From the IMG/VR virus record IMGVR_UViG_3300033076_000584, positions 1-56,228 of that record: a stretch of DNA of 56,228 bases; one strand, given 5' to 3'. The position numbers were made by a program, and so were the translations under genes. Under the pieces are notes generated by a model, which worked only from the letters and a program-made list of their open reading frames with translations, ran no database searches and was not told where the DNA came from. Origin of the DNA: a virus (Duplodnaviria; Caudoviricetes). Shown in pieces: positions 45,027-53,980 of the stretch (its first letter is position 1; every line of letters starts with the position of its first letter).

Positions 45027-45503
45027 TTATGGAGCCACCCAGTTACCAGCTTCATCCTTGCGAGGGAAGCGAGGAAATGGAGGCGTGATAGGATCGACGC
45101 TTTCAAGAACCCATGCCTCATGAGCTACCTTAGCCGCCTGCCAAAGATCGACGGCCTCGCCTGCTGCGATCATTTCGTTGCAGATGTTGATCCGCCCGTC
45201 ACGTATGTCGTGAGCCATCGCTTCAAGCTCCGCCGTTCTTACAACGCGCTCTTCTTCGGTCATAAGGCGCACGCTGTGTACGTCCTTCACAACACCGTCC
45301 ACCCATTGGTAGCTAACGCCTTCATACACCTCGTAAGCGCCAAGTGCAGGCTTATCTACACGGATGAACTTAGCAAAGGTTTCTGGCAGGTTCTCAGTGT
45401 CCACGTCGGGGAAAGCTGCGCGAAAATTCTCCGCAAAGATGGGATGCTCATAAGGCTGCCCGTCACGGATTTGGATGTAAAGCTCGAGATCAGTGTGCTC
45501 CAT
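45027..45503 (-). CDS. Tail-fibre assembly/chaperone-like protein
   Basis: LYIQIRDGQP.EHP....NF..AFP.VD..NLP; follows the fibre genes. Confidence 0.55.
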   Translation of the reverse strand: MEHTDLELYIQIRDGQPYEHPIFAENFRAAFPDVDTENLPETFAKFIRVDKPALGAYEVYEGVSYQWVDGVVKDVHSVRLMTEEERVVRTAELEAMAHDIRDGRINICNEMIAAGEAVDLWQAAKVAHEAWVLESVDPITPPFPRFPRKDEAGNWVAP

Positions 45504-46688
45504 TTACAAGTTCCCTGTGCAAGTTGAGGGGAATTGGCGTGTGTTGCCCGGGTAAATAATGCGGACAGCGCCGCCACCGCCAGCACCAGCAGATGCCGCG
45601 CTCCAAGAACCGCAACAGATGAAGTAGATTAAATACCCACCACCACCGCCGCCGCCATATGCCCCACCCGCTGTTGCATTAGAAGAAAATCCTGCCGGGG
45701 CAGCAGGAGTTGCACCTCCGGAGCCCCCGCCGCCGGACACGTTGGTCACTGTTGTGCCCGAATAAATCCCTCCGGCACCGCTTGCGCCCTGCCCGAGGAG
45801 GCCAACACCGCCACCAGAGCCAGTCGTCCCGTACTGCTCAAACGCACAAACGATCCGCGCATAACCTCCAGCGCCACCACCACCGCCGCCGCCAGAGGCG
45901 TTAAAACCGTTGCCACCCTGAGAGCCACCTTGTCCGCCGTTTCCAGAATATCCACCAGCGCCGCCGCCGCCTTGGATACCCTGCCCCCCGCTACCGCCAC
46001 CATCCCCGACGTAATTACCCCCTGAAGATGCGCCAGATTTAGCGCCGCCACCACCTTTAACCACGGCTGTTGACACAAAATAACTGTCATTCCCTTGGGT
46101 ATTTCCGCTTGGATATTGGTTCCCACCAGAACCACCTGCGCCAACAACAACAGTGTAGGAGTTGCCCGGAGTAACAGCGTAGTTATTTTTATACCCGAGG
46201 CCGCCACCGGGGCCGTTAGTAGAAGCAGACCAAGCACCACCGCCACCGCCGCCGACGGCGACAACAGAGACGCTGACTACCCCTGCGGGGGCGACCCAAG
46301 AATATGTGCCGGGCGTAGTATACTGCGTTTGTCCAACTACTACGGCAGGCGTCACGCTATTACTCTGGGCAGAATAAGCTCCGTACCCAGACGCATTTTG
46401 GGCGGCCACAGCGAAGGTGTAAGCCGTGCTTGAGCAAAGCCCAGATATAGTGATCGGAGACGAGCTTCCCGTTGCCGTAAAACAACCGGGCGTCGATTTG
46501 GCTATATAACCTGTAATTCCCGCAGGAATGCCAGTGCAAGTCGGCGCTGTAAACGAAACACTAACGATGCCGTTGCCAACAACAGAAGCCGTGCCAATGG
46601 TCGGAGCGCCCGGAGGCGCAGGCCAAAGTCCTTGACCGCGTGCCTGAAACTGCTGCGAAAGAGACCAGACGCCGGTATAAGTGGGCAT
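45504..46688 (-). CDS. FN3 + glycine-rich tail-associated protein (paralog 2)
   Basis: PGAPTIGTA...VSFTAP...YTF.V.A.N..G (FN3); Y.TPGTYSWVAPAGV.SVSVVAVGGGG...GAVRII. Confidence 0.8.
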   Translation of the reverse strand: MPTYTGVWSLSQQFQARGQGLWPAPPGAPTIGTASVVGNGIVSVSFTAPTCTGIPAGITGYIAKSTPGCFTATGSSSPITISGLCSSTAYTFAVAAQNASGYGAYSAQSNSVTPAVVVGQTQYTTPGTYSWVAPAGVVSVSVVAVGGGGGGAWSASTNGPGGGLGYKNNYAVTPGNSYTVVVGAGGSGGNQYPSGNTQGNDSYFVSTAVVKGGGGAKSGASSGGNYVGDGGGSGGQGIQGGGGAGGYSGNGGQGGSQGGNGFNASGGGGGGGAGGYARIVCAFEQYGTTGSGGGVGLLGQGASGAGGIYSGTTVTNVSGGGGSGGATPAAPAGFSSNATAGGAYGGGGGGGYLIYFICCGSWSAASAGAGGGGAVRIIYPGNTRQFPSTCTGNL

Positions 46689-47839
46689 TAGAGGTTTCCT
46701 GTATTGGTAGACGGGAATTGGCGTGAACTACCGGGCCAGATGATACGAACTGCGCCAACACCACCAGCCGCGCCACAGTAGCTGTAAGAGTTTACACAAT
46801 CGCAATAGTAGAACGACATGCCACCGCCGCCGCCATATGCACCGCCAACGCCCGTTGCGGCTGCAAAGGAGTTCCCCAGACCGCCATTAGCGCCACCAGA
46901 GCCTCCGCCCCCTTGACCGGCCGCGCCGCCGTAAGACGTGCCCCACGGACCGTTATTGAGCGGCACGCCATTAGCACCTTGGCCGAGAATACCTACGCCG
47001 CCGCCGCCACCACCAGATCTGTTGTTGTAGAACCCAGACCCGCCGCCAGAGCCGCCCCCGCCAGTACCGGCATTTGGCCCAACGCTGTAACCATATCCTG
47101 CGGTGCCACCAGCGCCAGCGTAACCACCAGCGCCGCCACCGCCGCTCCACGAACTTCCAACCCCACCGCCGTTACCGCCGCCGTCGCCAGTGTAAGTGCC
47201 ACCACCGGTCGCAGCCGGGCCCCCAATTCCTTTGCCGCCCTTAACTACACAGGCGCTGACAAAGTAACTATCGTTCCCGTTAGACCCGTAAGTATATGCT
47301 GGGGGTATTGCACCGCCAGCACCGACAACAACCGTATAAGAATTGCCCGGCGTTACAGAGTAGTTATTTTTATACCCCAGACCTGCGCCACTTCCGCCAA
47401 AGATAAAGCCACCGCTACCCCCGCCGCCAACAGCGACGACTGAGACGGAAGTAACACCTGCGGGAGCGACCCAGCTATAGGTACCCGCAGCGGTATACGC
47501 CTGTTGCCCGATTGCTGCGGGAGTAACGCTACTCGACGTCGCGCTATAAGGGCTTGAGCCGAAGGAGTTTGTTGCAAAAACGCGGAAAGTGTACGGAGTG
47601 CCTGTCGTTAAGCATCCAACTGTAATCGGAGATGACGCGCCGGTGACCATGACGCACCCGGGCGATGAAACAGCAGTATAACCGGTAATTGCGCTACCAC
47701 CCACACAAGACGGCGCAGTAAACGGGACCGAAACGGAAACTGCGGATAAAATTGTGGGCGTGCCAATGGTCGGCGCATTTGGCACCTTAAGTGGATTATA
47801 GCCCGGTCGAATGAAGCCGCCTTGATACCGTCTGGACAT
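46688..47839 (-). CDS. FN3 + glycine-rich tail-associated protein (paralog 1)
   Basis: Same architecture; both end RQFPST.TGNL. Confidence 0.8.
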   Translation of the reverse strand: MSRRYQGGFIRPGYNPLKVPNAPTIGTPTILSAVSVSVPFTAPSCVGGSAITGYTAVSSPGCVMVTGASSPITVGCLTTGTPYTFRVFATNSFGSSPYSATSSSVTPAAIGQQAYTAAGTYSWVAPAGVTSVSVVAVGGGGSGGFIFGGSGAGLGYKNNYSVTPGNSYTVVVGAGGAIPPAYTYGSNGNDSYFVSACVVKGGKGIGGPAATGGGTYTGDGGGNGGGVGSSWSGGGGAGGYAGAGGTAGYGYSVGPNAGTGGGGSGGGSGFYNNRSGGGGGGVGILGQGANGVPLNNGPWGTSYGGAAGQGGGGSGGANGGLGNSFAAATGVGGAYGGGGGMSFYYCDCVNSYSYCGAAGGVGAVRIIWPGSSRQFPSTNTGNL

Positions 47840-47848
47840 CGCTCATCC

Positions 47849-48244
47849 TTAGCTGAGTTCTTCGTAGCTCACGCTATAAGTAATGCCGCTCGCCGTACCA
47901 GACGTGACGATGATGCTGGTGCCTTCTTCGAGATAGATCTGCGTGGTCTTGTCCACAACGATCAGAGACGCGTCCGCCGGAACCGAGATGGTCGAAGCAA
48001 TCGGGTAGGCAGTGCCGCCCGTAGGGGCCGACCCTTGGGCGACACCGCCATTCGTGTAAATCGACACCGTGCAGTCAACTGCATTCGTGCCGTTCACGTT
48101 AGCCGCCAAGATTTGGTTGATCTTGAGAACCTTGCCGCTTGAGGCAGCGTTTGGAAGAAGCACGACAGCAGTAGTTGCCGACGGGGTGAGATACGTCGTT
48201 TTGCCTGTGGCGGTCGTGAGACCAAGGATGTTTGGAGCTGCCAT
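47849..48244 (-). CDS. Small beta-sandwich tail protein
   Basis: MAAPNI...N.ASSGKV.KIN.I..ANV.G...I.VPADASL....K...IYLEEG...SYEE. Confidence 0.7.
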   Translation of the reverse strand: MAAPNILGLTTATGKTTYLTPSATTAVVLLPNAASSGKVLKINQILAANVNGTNAVDCTVSIYTNGGVAQGSAPTGGTAYPIASTISVPADASLIVVDKTTQIYLEEGTSIIVTSGTASGITYSVSYEELS

Positions 48245-48254
48245 AATTCAGTCC

Positions 48255-50636
48255 TTATAGCCCGAAGATGAAGTTTATGCCAGTAACCTTGGCTTGGGAA
48301 ATACCTGATGGTGCAGGAGCCTGAGAGACCCACGTCGTGCCATTGCTGACAAGGACGTTACCGCTTGCGCCCGGGGCCACCGTCTGCACTGCGCTGGTGC
48401 CATTACCGAGGATGACGTTGTTCGCCGCAAGCGTTGTCGCGCCCGTGCCGCCATTAGCGACAGGCAGCGTGCCAGTGACGCCTGTGGTCAGGGGCAAGCC
48501 GGTTGCGTTGGTCAGCGTGACAGTGGAGGGCGTGCCGAGGTTTGGCGTTGTAAAGACCGGAGAGTTGGTCAGCGCAACATCGCCAGTGCCACTTACAGCA
48601 TAGCTGGTGCCCCACGCAGATCCTGTCGAAACTGCGATGCCAGCGCCGGGGTAGACCATGCTGCTAGGAGCCGGGCCCCATGATGCCGTTGTGCCGTTCG
48701 AGGTCAGAATGTACCCATTAGCACCAATAGCCAGACGTGTGGCGCTGTTGGCACCGTCGCCAATGATCAGATCGCCGGTCGATGTGATGGGCGACAGCGC
48801 GTTAAATGCCGCAGTTGCCGTCGTCTGGCCTGTGCCGCCATTGGCAACGGATACTGGCGTAGACAGGCTAAATTGATTGCCGGTTAGAGTTAGACCGGTG
48901 CCCGCCGTGTAGACAGGGGCAGACGACACCTGCACAAAGTTGATCGCAGTCGTGCCGAAGGTGATTGTGCCCTGCGTATTGCAGACATACGTCTCGCCAG
49001 CACCAGTCGCACCAGACGTGACAAAGAAGGCGTCGCCCTCGCCAAGGCTGTTCGGGCTTTTCAGCGCATAGGTGTCGGCGTCAGTGGCGCGGGTCAGAAC
49101 CCAAGCGACAGAGCCGCTGCCGACCGTCGTGACGGTGTAGACGCCGTTCTCGTAAGCGTTGGTCTGGTTATAGACCAAAATACGGTCACCAACCTGCGCC
49201 ACAGTGCCGTCCGGCGTAAACGCGCCAAGAGTACCTGCGTTGGTCAGAGTAGCACCAACACCCGCCGTGCCGTTGTTGTACGTGGCGTTGAGGTTGCCTG
49301 TGGTGTTCGGCACCTCATACTTGACGGGCGTGTGGTACGTGATGCTCGATGCGACCAGAGTGTCGACATACTGCTTGGTCGCCACTTGCAGCGCCAAAGT
49401 CGGATCAGCAGCAACGGTAACTTGCGTCAGCGACGGCGACATCGTGTAAGAAAAAGATCCGCCGCTGGCAGACAGAAGGCCGGTCCCTATCGCAAGCGTG
49501 CCGAGCGATGTGGTCGAGTTGGCAAACAACAGATCGCCAACTGCATAGCTTGTGAGGCCCGTGCCGCCGTTCGTTGCAGCCAGTGTGCCACCAATGGTGA
49601 TCGTGCCAGCAGCCGTGATCGGGCCACCCGTGGTCGTGAGGCCAGTCGTGCCGCCAGACACGTCAACAGACGTAACGGTGCCCAAACCAGAGATAGTGGT
49701 CCATTCGACATCGGTTGCAGTCGAGTTGAGCGTCAGCGCCTTACCAGCGTTGCCAGTGTAGCTTGGCAGCAAGTTAACACGAGCGCCTGCCGCCGTTGAA
49801 GCCCCAGTGCCGCCACCAGCTATGGAAACCTGCCCAGTCAACACATAAGCGTTGCTGACGACGTTGAACGACAGGCCGGTGACGCCGCCTGAAATATCGT
49901 ACCAAGCTGGCGCGCCGAGGGGGCCGCCTGACACAAAAATCTGATTGAGGTTGCCGGTATTAGACAGGGCCGTCTGCGAACCTGTAGAATAGAAGATGGC
50001 ACCGGCAGCAGGCGAGAGCGAGCTACCGGTGCCGCCACGAGACATGGGGAGCACTCCAGACGTCTCAGTGGTATCGGATAGATCGACAGCCGGGTGAACG
50101 TGGTCGTCGCGTGCTGCAAAAGTGCTTGACCCGGCGACAGCGACGCCGCCCGGCAGCGGAGTTGCTGCGGTCAAAGCAAGGGAGATAGTGCGGTCAGCGG
50201 CAAGCGTGCCACCGCCAGACAAGCCATTACCAGCAATGATTGAGCGGCTCGTGGGAACGTACCCGCTAAGGCTGATCGGAGTGGTAGAGGCAACCTCTAC
50301 GCGGCCCTTTGCGTCAATCTGTAGAACCGGGATTTCAGAAGACGAGCCGTAGGTGCCAGCAGTGACGCCGCTATTAGCAAGCTGAGTATAGCCCACCCCA
50401 CCATCAGCAATAGAAATGACGCGGTTAGCAGTAAGGTCGCCACCGCCAGTGAGGCCACCGCCACCAGTGATTGTGCGGCTTGACGGGACAGCGCCGACAG
50501 ACGCGATGTTTCCGAAGCGGACCTTGTAGGTGACGCCGTTAAGAACATAAGGCAGATACCCATCTTGGCTCAGACCGTCGTACTCGGTGAGCTGCGAAAT
50601 GCGTGTCGGAACCAGATTTGAGGGAACTGTTGTCAT
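48255..50636 (-). CDS. Long tail fibre protein
   Basis: 793 aa; repeated L..xxGGTG shaft motifs, ATKQYVD, DRILVYNQT...NGVY.V.....WVLTRATDAD. Confidence 0.85.
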   Translation of the reverse strand: MTTVPSNLVPTRISQLTEYDGLSQDGYLPYVLNGVTYKVRFGNIASVGAVPSSRTITGGGGLTGGGDLTANRVISIADGGVGYTQLANSGVTAGTYGSSSEIPVLQIDAKGRVEVASTTPISLSGYVPTSRSIIAGNGLSGGGTLAADRTISLALTAATPLPGGVAVAGSSTFAARDDHVHPAVDLSDTTETSGVLPMSRGGTGSSLSPAAGAIFYSTGSQTALSNTGNLNQIFVSGGPLGAPAWYDISGGVTGLSFNVVSNAYVLTGQVSIAGGGTGASTAAGARVNLLPSYTGNAGKALTLNSTATDVEWTTISGLGTVTSVDVSGGTTGLTTTGGPITAAGTITIGGTLAATNGGTGLTSYAVGDLLFANSTTSLGTLAIGTGLLSASGGSFSYTMSPSLTQVTVAADPTLALQVATKQYVDTLVASSITYHTPVKYEVPNTTGNLNATYNNGTAGVGATLTNAGTLGAFTPDGTVAQVGDRILVYNQTNAYENGVYTVTTVGSGSVAWVLTRATDADTYALKSPNSLGEGDAFFVTSGATGAGETYVCNTQGTITFGTTAINFVQVSSAPVYTAGTGLTLTGNQFSLSTPVSVANGGTGQTTATAAFNALSPITSTGDLIIGDGANSATRLAIGANGYILTSNGTTASWGPAPSSMVYPGAGIAVSTGSAWGTSYAVSGTGDVALTNSPVFTTPNLGTPSTVTLTNATGLPLTTGVTGTLPVANGGTGATTLAANNVILGNGTSAVQTVAPGASGNVLVSNGTTWVSQAPAPSGISQAKVTGINFIFGL

Positions 50637-50939
50637 TTACGGCTCCAAATACTCTTCGAAATCCTCGCTGACGAGGAAATAGCTGTCGTCTTCGGTCGGC
50701 AAACCGAGCGGATCTGTGTTAATTGGCGTGTCAGGACGCGCAAAACGCAGTGCGATCTTCTCAGGTTGGCGCGCTGGTAGGCGATATGGGTCATATTCGT
50801 CCATATCGGCTAGGCAAACCTTCAATCCGGGGTAATTTGGGTCCGAATACAGGTCATCAAGGCTCATTTTGCGTGAGCAACGGCCACAAATCCCGATGCC
50901 AAGGGTCGATTTGCCGCGAGTGTCGAGATAAATGCCCAT
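50637..50939 (-). CDS. Zn-ribbon-like virion-module protein
   Basis: Start MGIYLDTRG; ICGRC...GLKVC..D.D.YDPY. Confidence 0.65.
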   Translation of the reverse strand: MGIYLDTRGKSTLGIGICGRCSRKMSLDDLYSDPNYPGLKVCLADMDEYDPYRLPARQPEKIALRFARPDTPINTDPLGLPTEDDSYFLVSEDFEEYLEP

Positions 50940-50940
50940 A

Positions 50941-51927
50941 TTACCTCGTATACATGCTGATATTGGGCGCAATCATCATCGGAGAGTTGTCGCGCTCCTC
51001 TGCCTGCGCCGTATACAGCGCCTGCTGGGCCTTTGCATCCAACAAACCGATCATGTTCACGTCAACTTCAACGATTTCCATCGCCATCTTGGCTGCCAGC
51101 ATAGCCACAAGGGCTTCATACCAGCGCTGAGGAACCTCAATCTCCTGCGTCATGGTGCCAACGTCCATGATGTAACGCTGGACCCACAAAACAAGCTGGC
51201 AAGTGTCAGCGCCGCTGTTCGGAACCGGCCACAAGTGCATGATTGGGTTCGGAATAAGGCGGTCGTACCAGTATTGCAGAGGACGATTGCTCTGGAACGT
51301 CTTGTTCGGCAGGTTCGTGTAGTCGTCGCGGTTCATGCGCGCCAACGGGATCTCTGTCGGTGTGTTGCCCGTATAGATTTCCTCGAACACGAGGTTGCCG
51401 CTGGTTGCCCGCACGCGGAAATACGGCGTGGCGACCGAGCTTACGAGATCGTACCAAGTCCACTCCCCCGAGACAGCAACCGGATCTTCGGTCTGGATGG
51501 TTTCCCAGACGATGTTATCGGATGAGCGCTCAATGGCAATCGGAACAGATGCGTCAGCCCACTTAATGCCAACCGTCGTGACAAACGTGTCGCCGCCAAA
51601 CGAGATGGTATGCGTGGTAGAAGTGGTCGTGTCAGTGCCGCTAACGGTCTGAAGCTGACGGAAATTGCTGTTGAGGATGTCAACAACCTTGGTGTCAAGC
51701 ACCACGTCACCCACGCCGTTATACAGCGGGATGATTTGCTTCTCGATGCACCACAGCGGCGCACCCATGTTAGCGAGATCCGATAGCAGCAGATAGAGCT
51801 GGTCGTTCGCAATATCGACGTATTCAGCCGTGATGCTTTCGGCAGGCAGCTTGCAGCGCCGGATGGCGTTTTCGATCACCTTCCGCGTGTTGAATACTGT
51901 CTGAGATACCGTGTTGCTGTAAGCCAT
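50941..51927 (-). CDS. Head-tail connector / tail tubular protein
   Basis: LLLSDLAN.G..LW; RDDY.NLPNK....RP.QYW.DR......LWPVP; PQRWYEA. Confidence 0.75.
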   Translation of the reverse strand: MAYSNTVSQTVFNTRKVIENAIRRCKLPAESITAEYVDIANDQLYLLLSDLANMGAPLWCIEKQIIPLYNGVGDVVLDTKVVDILNSNFRQLQTVSGTDTTTSTTHTISFGGDTFVTTVGIKWADASVPIAIERSSDNIVWETIQTEDPVAVSGEWTWYDLVSSVATPYFRVRATSGNLVFEEIYTGNTPTEIPLARMNRDDYTNLPNKTFQSNRPLQYWYDRLIPNPIMHLWPVPNSGADTCQLVLWVQRYIMDVGTMTQEIEVPQRWYEALVAMLAAKMAMEIVEVDVNMIGLLDAKAQQALYTAQAEERDNSPMMIAPNISMYTR

Positions 51928-51990
51928 CAATCCTGCTCGCTGGTTTTAGTCAGCAGCCCACTAGCTTGAGCAGGCATTTCTGGCATCAGG

Positions 51991-52031
51991 GTTATACAAG
52001 AAGAGGCGGCCAATCACAAGTCAGCCGCCCC
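51991..52031 (-). terminator. Intrinsic terminator overlapping an internal promoter
   Basis: GGGGCGGCTG...TGGCCGCCTC-TTCTTG hairpin; TTGTGA-17-TATAAC embedded in it. Confidence 0.55.
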
Positions 52032-52042
52032 AGTCCCCCTGT

Positions 52043-53113
52043 TTAACACATTCCCCCGCCGTAATACTTTTTCATCAGGCCACCCATAGCCATTCCCTGC
52101 GGTGCAGACATAGGCTGAGGGGTGGTTCCCTGCATCGGCACATTGCTAAGCGTCAACCGTTGTTGCTGCGGGACGTTGCTTAGCGTCATGCCTTGCGGCT
52201 GCCTTGCCATTCCCAGAGACTTACCCAGAGCCACGCCTTGCGCGTTCTGGGGTATTTGCTGTGCGGGTGCTGGCGGAGCACCATAAAAAGCATCCGGCCC
52301 CGTTGGGCGATACGGAACGTTAGGATCAACCATAGGCTGCGGGGTCGAGCCGCTATACTGGTTTAGAAACGCCATCGACTTGTTCAAAATGTCGGCGTGC
52401 TGCTCTGGCGTTGAATTAGGATTGAGCTGCAAATTGCGTAGAATGCCTTGATACATCCTAAACTCATCAGGAGACACGCCACTGTTAAACAGGCCTTTAC
52501 CAGATGCGTTCATTTCAGCGGCGCGTGCATTAAATGCCTGCAACGCTGCATTCCGATCAAAAGATGTCGGCGCTGGCTGCGCAGGTGCTGTCCGCGTAGC
52601 AGGCATACTGGTGATCGCAATCTGTTCTTCAGGCGTCAGAGTGCGCGGCGCAGAGACCCAATTGCTTGGCATAGCTTCTGCATTGCGGAATTGCTCAGCA
52701 AGCTTAGGAAGAATGCCACCCATCGCCGCAAGGTCGTTAGGATTAACGCCGAACATATTGCGCATACCGCCCATACCGCGCGGACCGCGAAGATCTCGTT
52801 CAGTTGTCGTATTTACTGGGTTGTAAATATGCGGCTGAGCCATGGGCCCTTGTTGATACGGCTGCGGGATGGCAGGCATAACGAGCATCCCATTCCCGGT
52901 ATTGGTCGGCCGCGTAGGGCGTTGCCCGCTAAGCATCTGACCAAGGTTGGCAAGCATGTTAGACGGCGTCATGCCACTCTGCGGGTTGGGCCGGTTCATA
53001 AGCGCCATGAGACCGCCGCCAAGTTGGGGCTGTTGTGCAGGCATCTGTGCGTTTTGCTGTGGAGCAATCCGCCCTAACACCTTGCCGAGGTTAGACTTCA
53101 TGATCATTTGCAC
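52043..53113 (-). CDS. Pro/Gln/Met-rich low-complexity protein, probably virion-internal
   Basis: 356 aa; ends GMAMGGLMKKYYGGGMC. Confidence 0.6.
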   Translation of the reverse strand: MQMIMKSNLGKVLGRIAPQQNAQMPAQQPQLGGGLMALMNRPNPQSGMTPSNMLANLGQMLSGQRPTRPTNTGNGMLVMPAIPQPYQQGPMAQPHIYNPVNTTTERDLRGPRGMGGMRNMFGVNPNDLAAMGGILPKLAEQFRNAEAMPSNWVSAPRTLTPEEQIAITSMPATRTAPAQPAPTSFDRNAALQAFNARAAEMNASGKGLFNSGVSPDEFRMYQGILRNLQLNPNSTPEQHADILNKSMAFLNQYSGSTPQPMVDPNVPYRPTGPDAFYGAPPAPAQQIPQNAQGVALGKSLGMARQPQGMTLSNVPQQQRLTLSNVPMQGTTPQPMSAPQGMAMGGLMKKYYGGGMC

Positions 53114-53802
53114 TTACCCTTCGGCATGGCGGCCAGACCGCCCTTGTTCAGAGGGATCGAGAGGCGCTTAGCAGGGCCATACATCGGCTTCGTGCTGGTT
53201 GACGGCACAGCCTTCTTGACGGCCATCGGCTTGATGGCTTCTTTCTGCATCACGCGCATTTCTTTGTCGCTCATAGCGCCCATACCGCGCTTGCGCTCGC
53301 TTGCCATGCGCTCCTGAGCCATGCGGATGCCCTTCTTGCCCATGGCCATTTCGTCACGCGTCATGCGCGCGGCCAGAACGTCGTCAGCCTCGGCCGAGCG
53401 CAGCATCTTCATTTCGCGATCAGTCATAGCGCCCATGCCACGCTCAGGGCCCTTGCCGATAGGTGTGCCCTCACCACGCTTCACGCGCGGGATCTTGGCA
53501 CCGGCAGCGCGGGCTTCGTTCAAAGCGATGGCAACAGCCTGCTTCGTGCTCTTGACCTTCGGGCCTTCCTTCGAGCCGCTGTGCAGCTTGCCTTCGGTGA
53601 ACTCTTTCATCACCCGGCCGATCTTCTGCTCAGCCTTCTTAACATGACCGCCCTTGGCATACTTGGCGACCATGGCAGGCTTGCTCATGGGGCCTTCACC
53701 ATCGGCCATATCATTACGGCTGACAGTCATGCCGCCACGGGCAAATGTGCGGCCCGCAGTGGTGGAATAGTTGGTCTTGGTCGTGTTCTTAAAACCGTCC
53801 AT
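53104..53802 (-). CDS. Basic Lys/Met-rich protein with DUF6496-like segment
   Basis: KIGRVMKEF..GKLHSGS..GPKVKS.KQAVAIAL.EAR; duplicated RGMGAM(T/S)D.EM. Confidence 0.7.
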   Translation of the reverse strand: MDGFKNTTKTNYSTTAGRTFARGGMTVSRNDMADGEGPMSKPAMVAKYAKGGHVKKAEQKIGRVMKEFTEGKLHSGSKEGPKVKSTKQAVAIALNEARAAGAKIPRVKRGEGTPIGKGPERGMGAMTDREMKMLRSAEADDVLAARMTRDEMAMGKKGIRMAQERMASERKRGMGAMSDKEMRVMQKEAIKPMAVKKAVPSTSTKPMYGPAKRLSIPLNKGGLAAMPKGKCK

Positions 53803-53803
53803 G

Positions 53804-53980
53804 TTACTTACCTTTCTTGCGGGCAACAGCCATATTATCAATGAGATTGGGGTAGGGGCGACCGGCAGCAGCAGCGCGCGCCTTGGCAGCCTTTTTCTTC
53901 TTTACGGACAATGACTTAGGCTTGCCGAGATCCTTCGGCCGCTTCTTGTCCCAAACAGGCTTTACAGCAAAGTCGCTCAT
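53804..53980 (-). CDS. Small basic protein (58 aa)
   Basis: AKARAAAAGRPYPNLIDNM motif. Confidence 0.65.
   Translation of the reverse strand: MSDFAVKPVWDKKRPKDLGKPKSLSVKKKKAAKARAAAAGRPYPNLIDNMAVARKKGK

Noticed and set aside
40626-47839. Diversity-generating retroelement acting on the repeated tail domains
   Set aside because: No reverse transcriptase ORF, and no near-identical TR/VR pair with adenine-specific differences was seen
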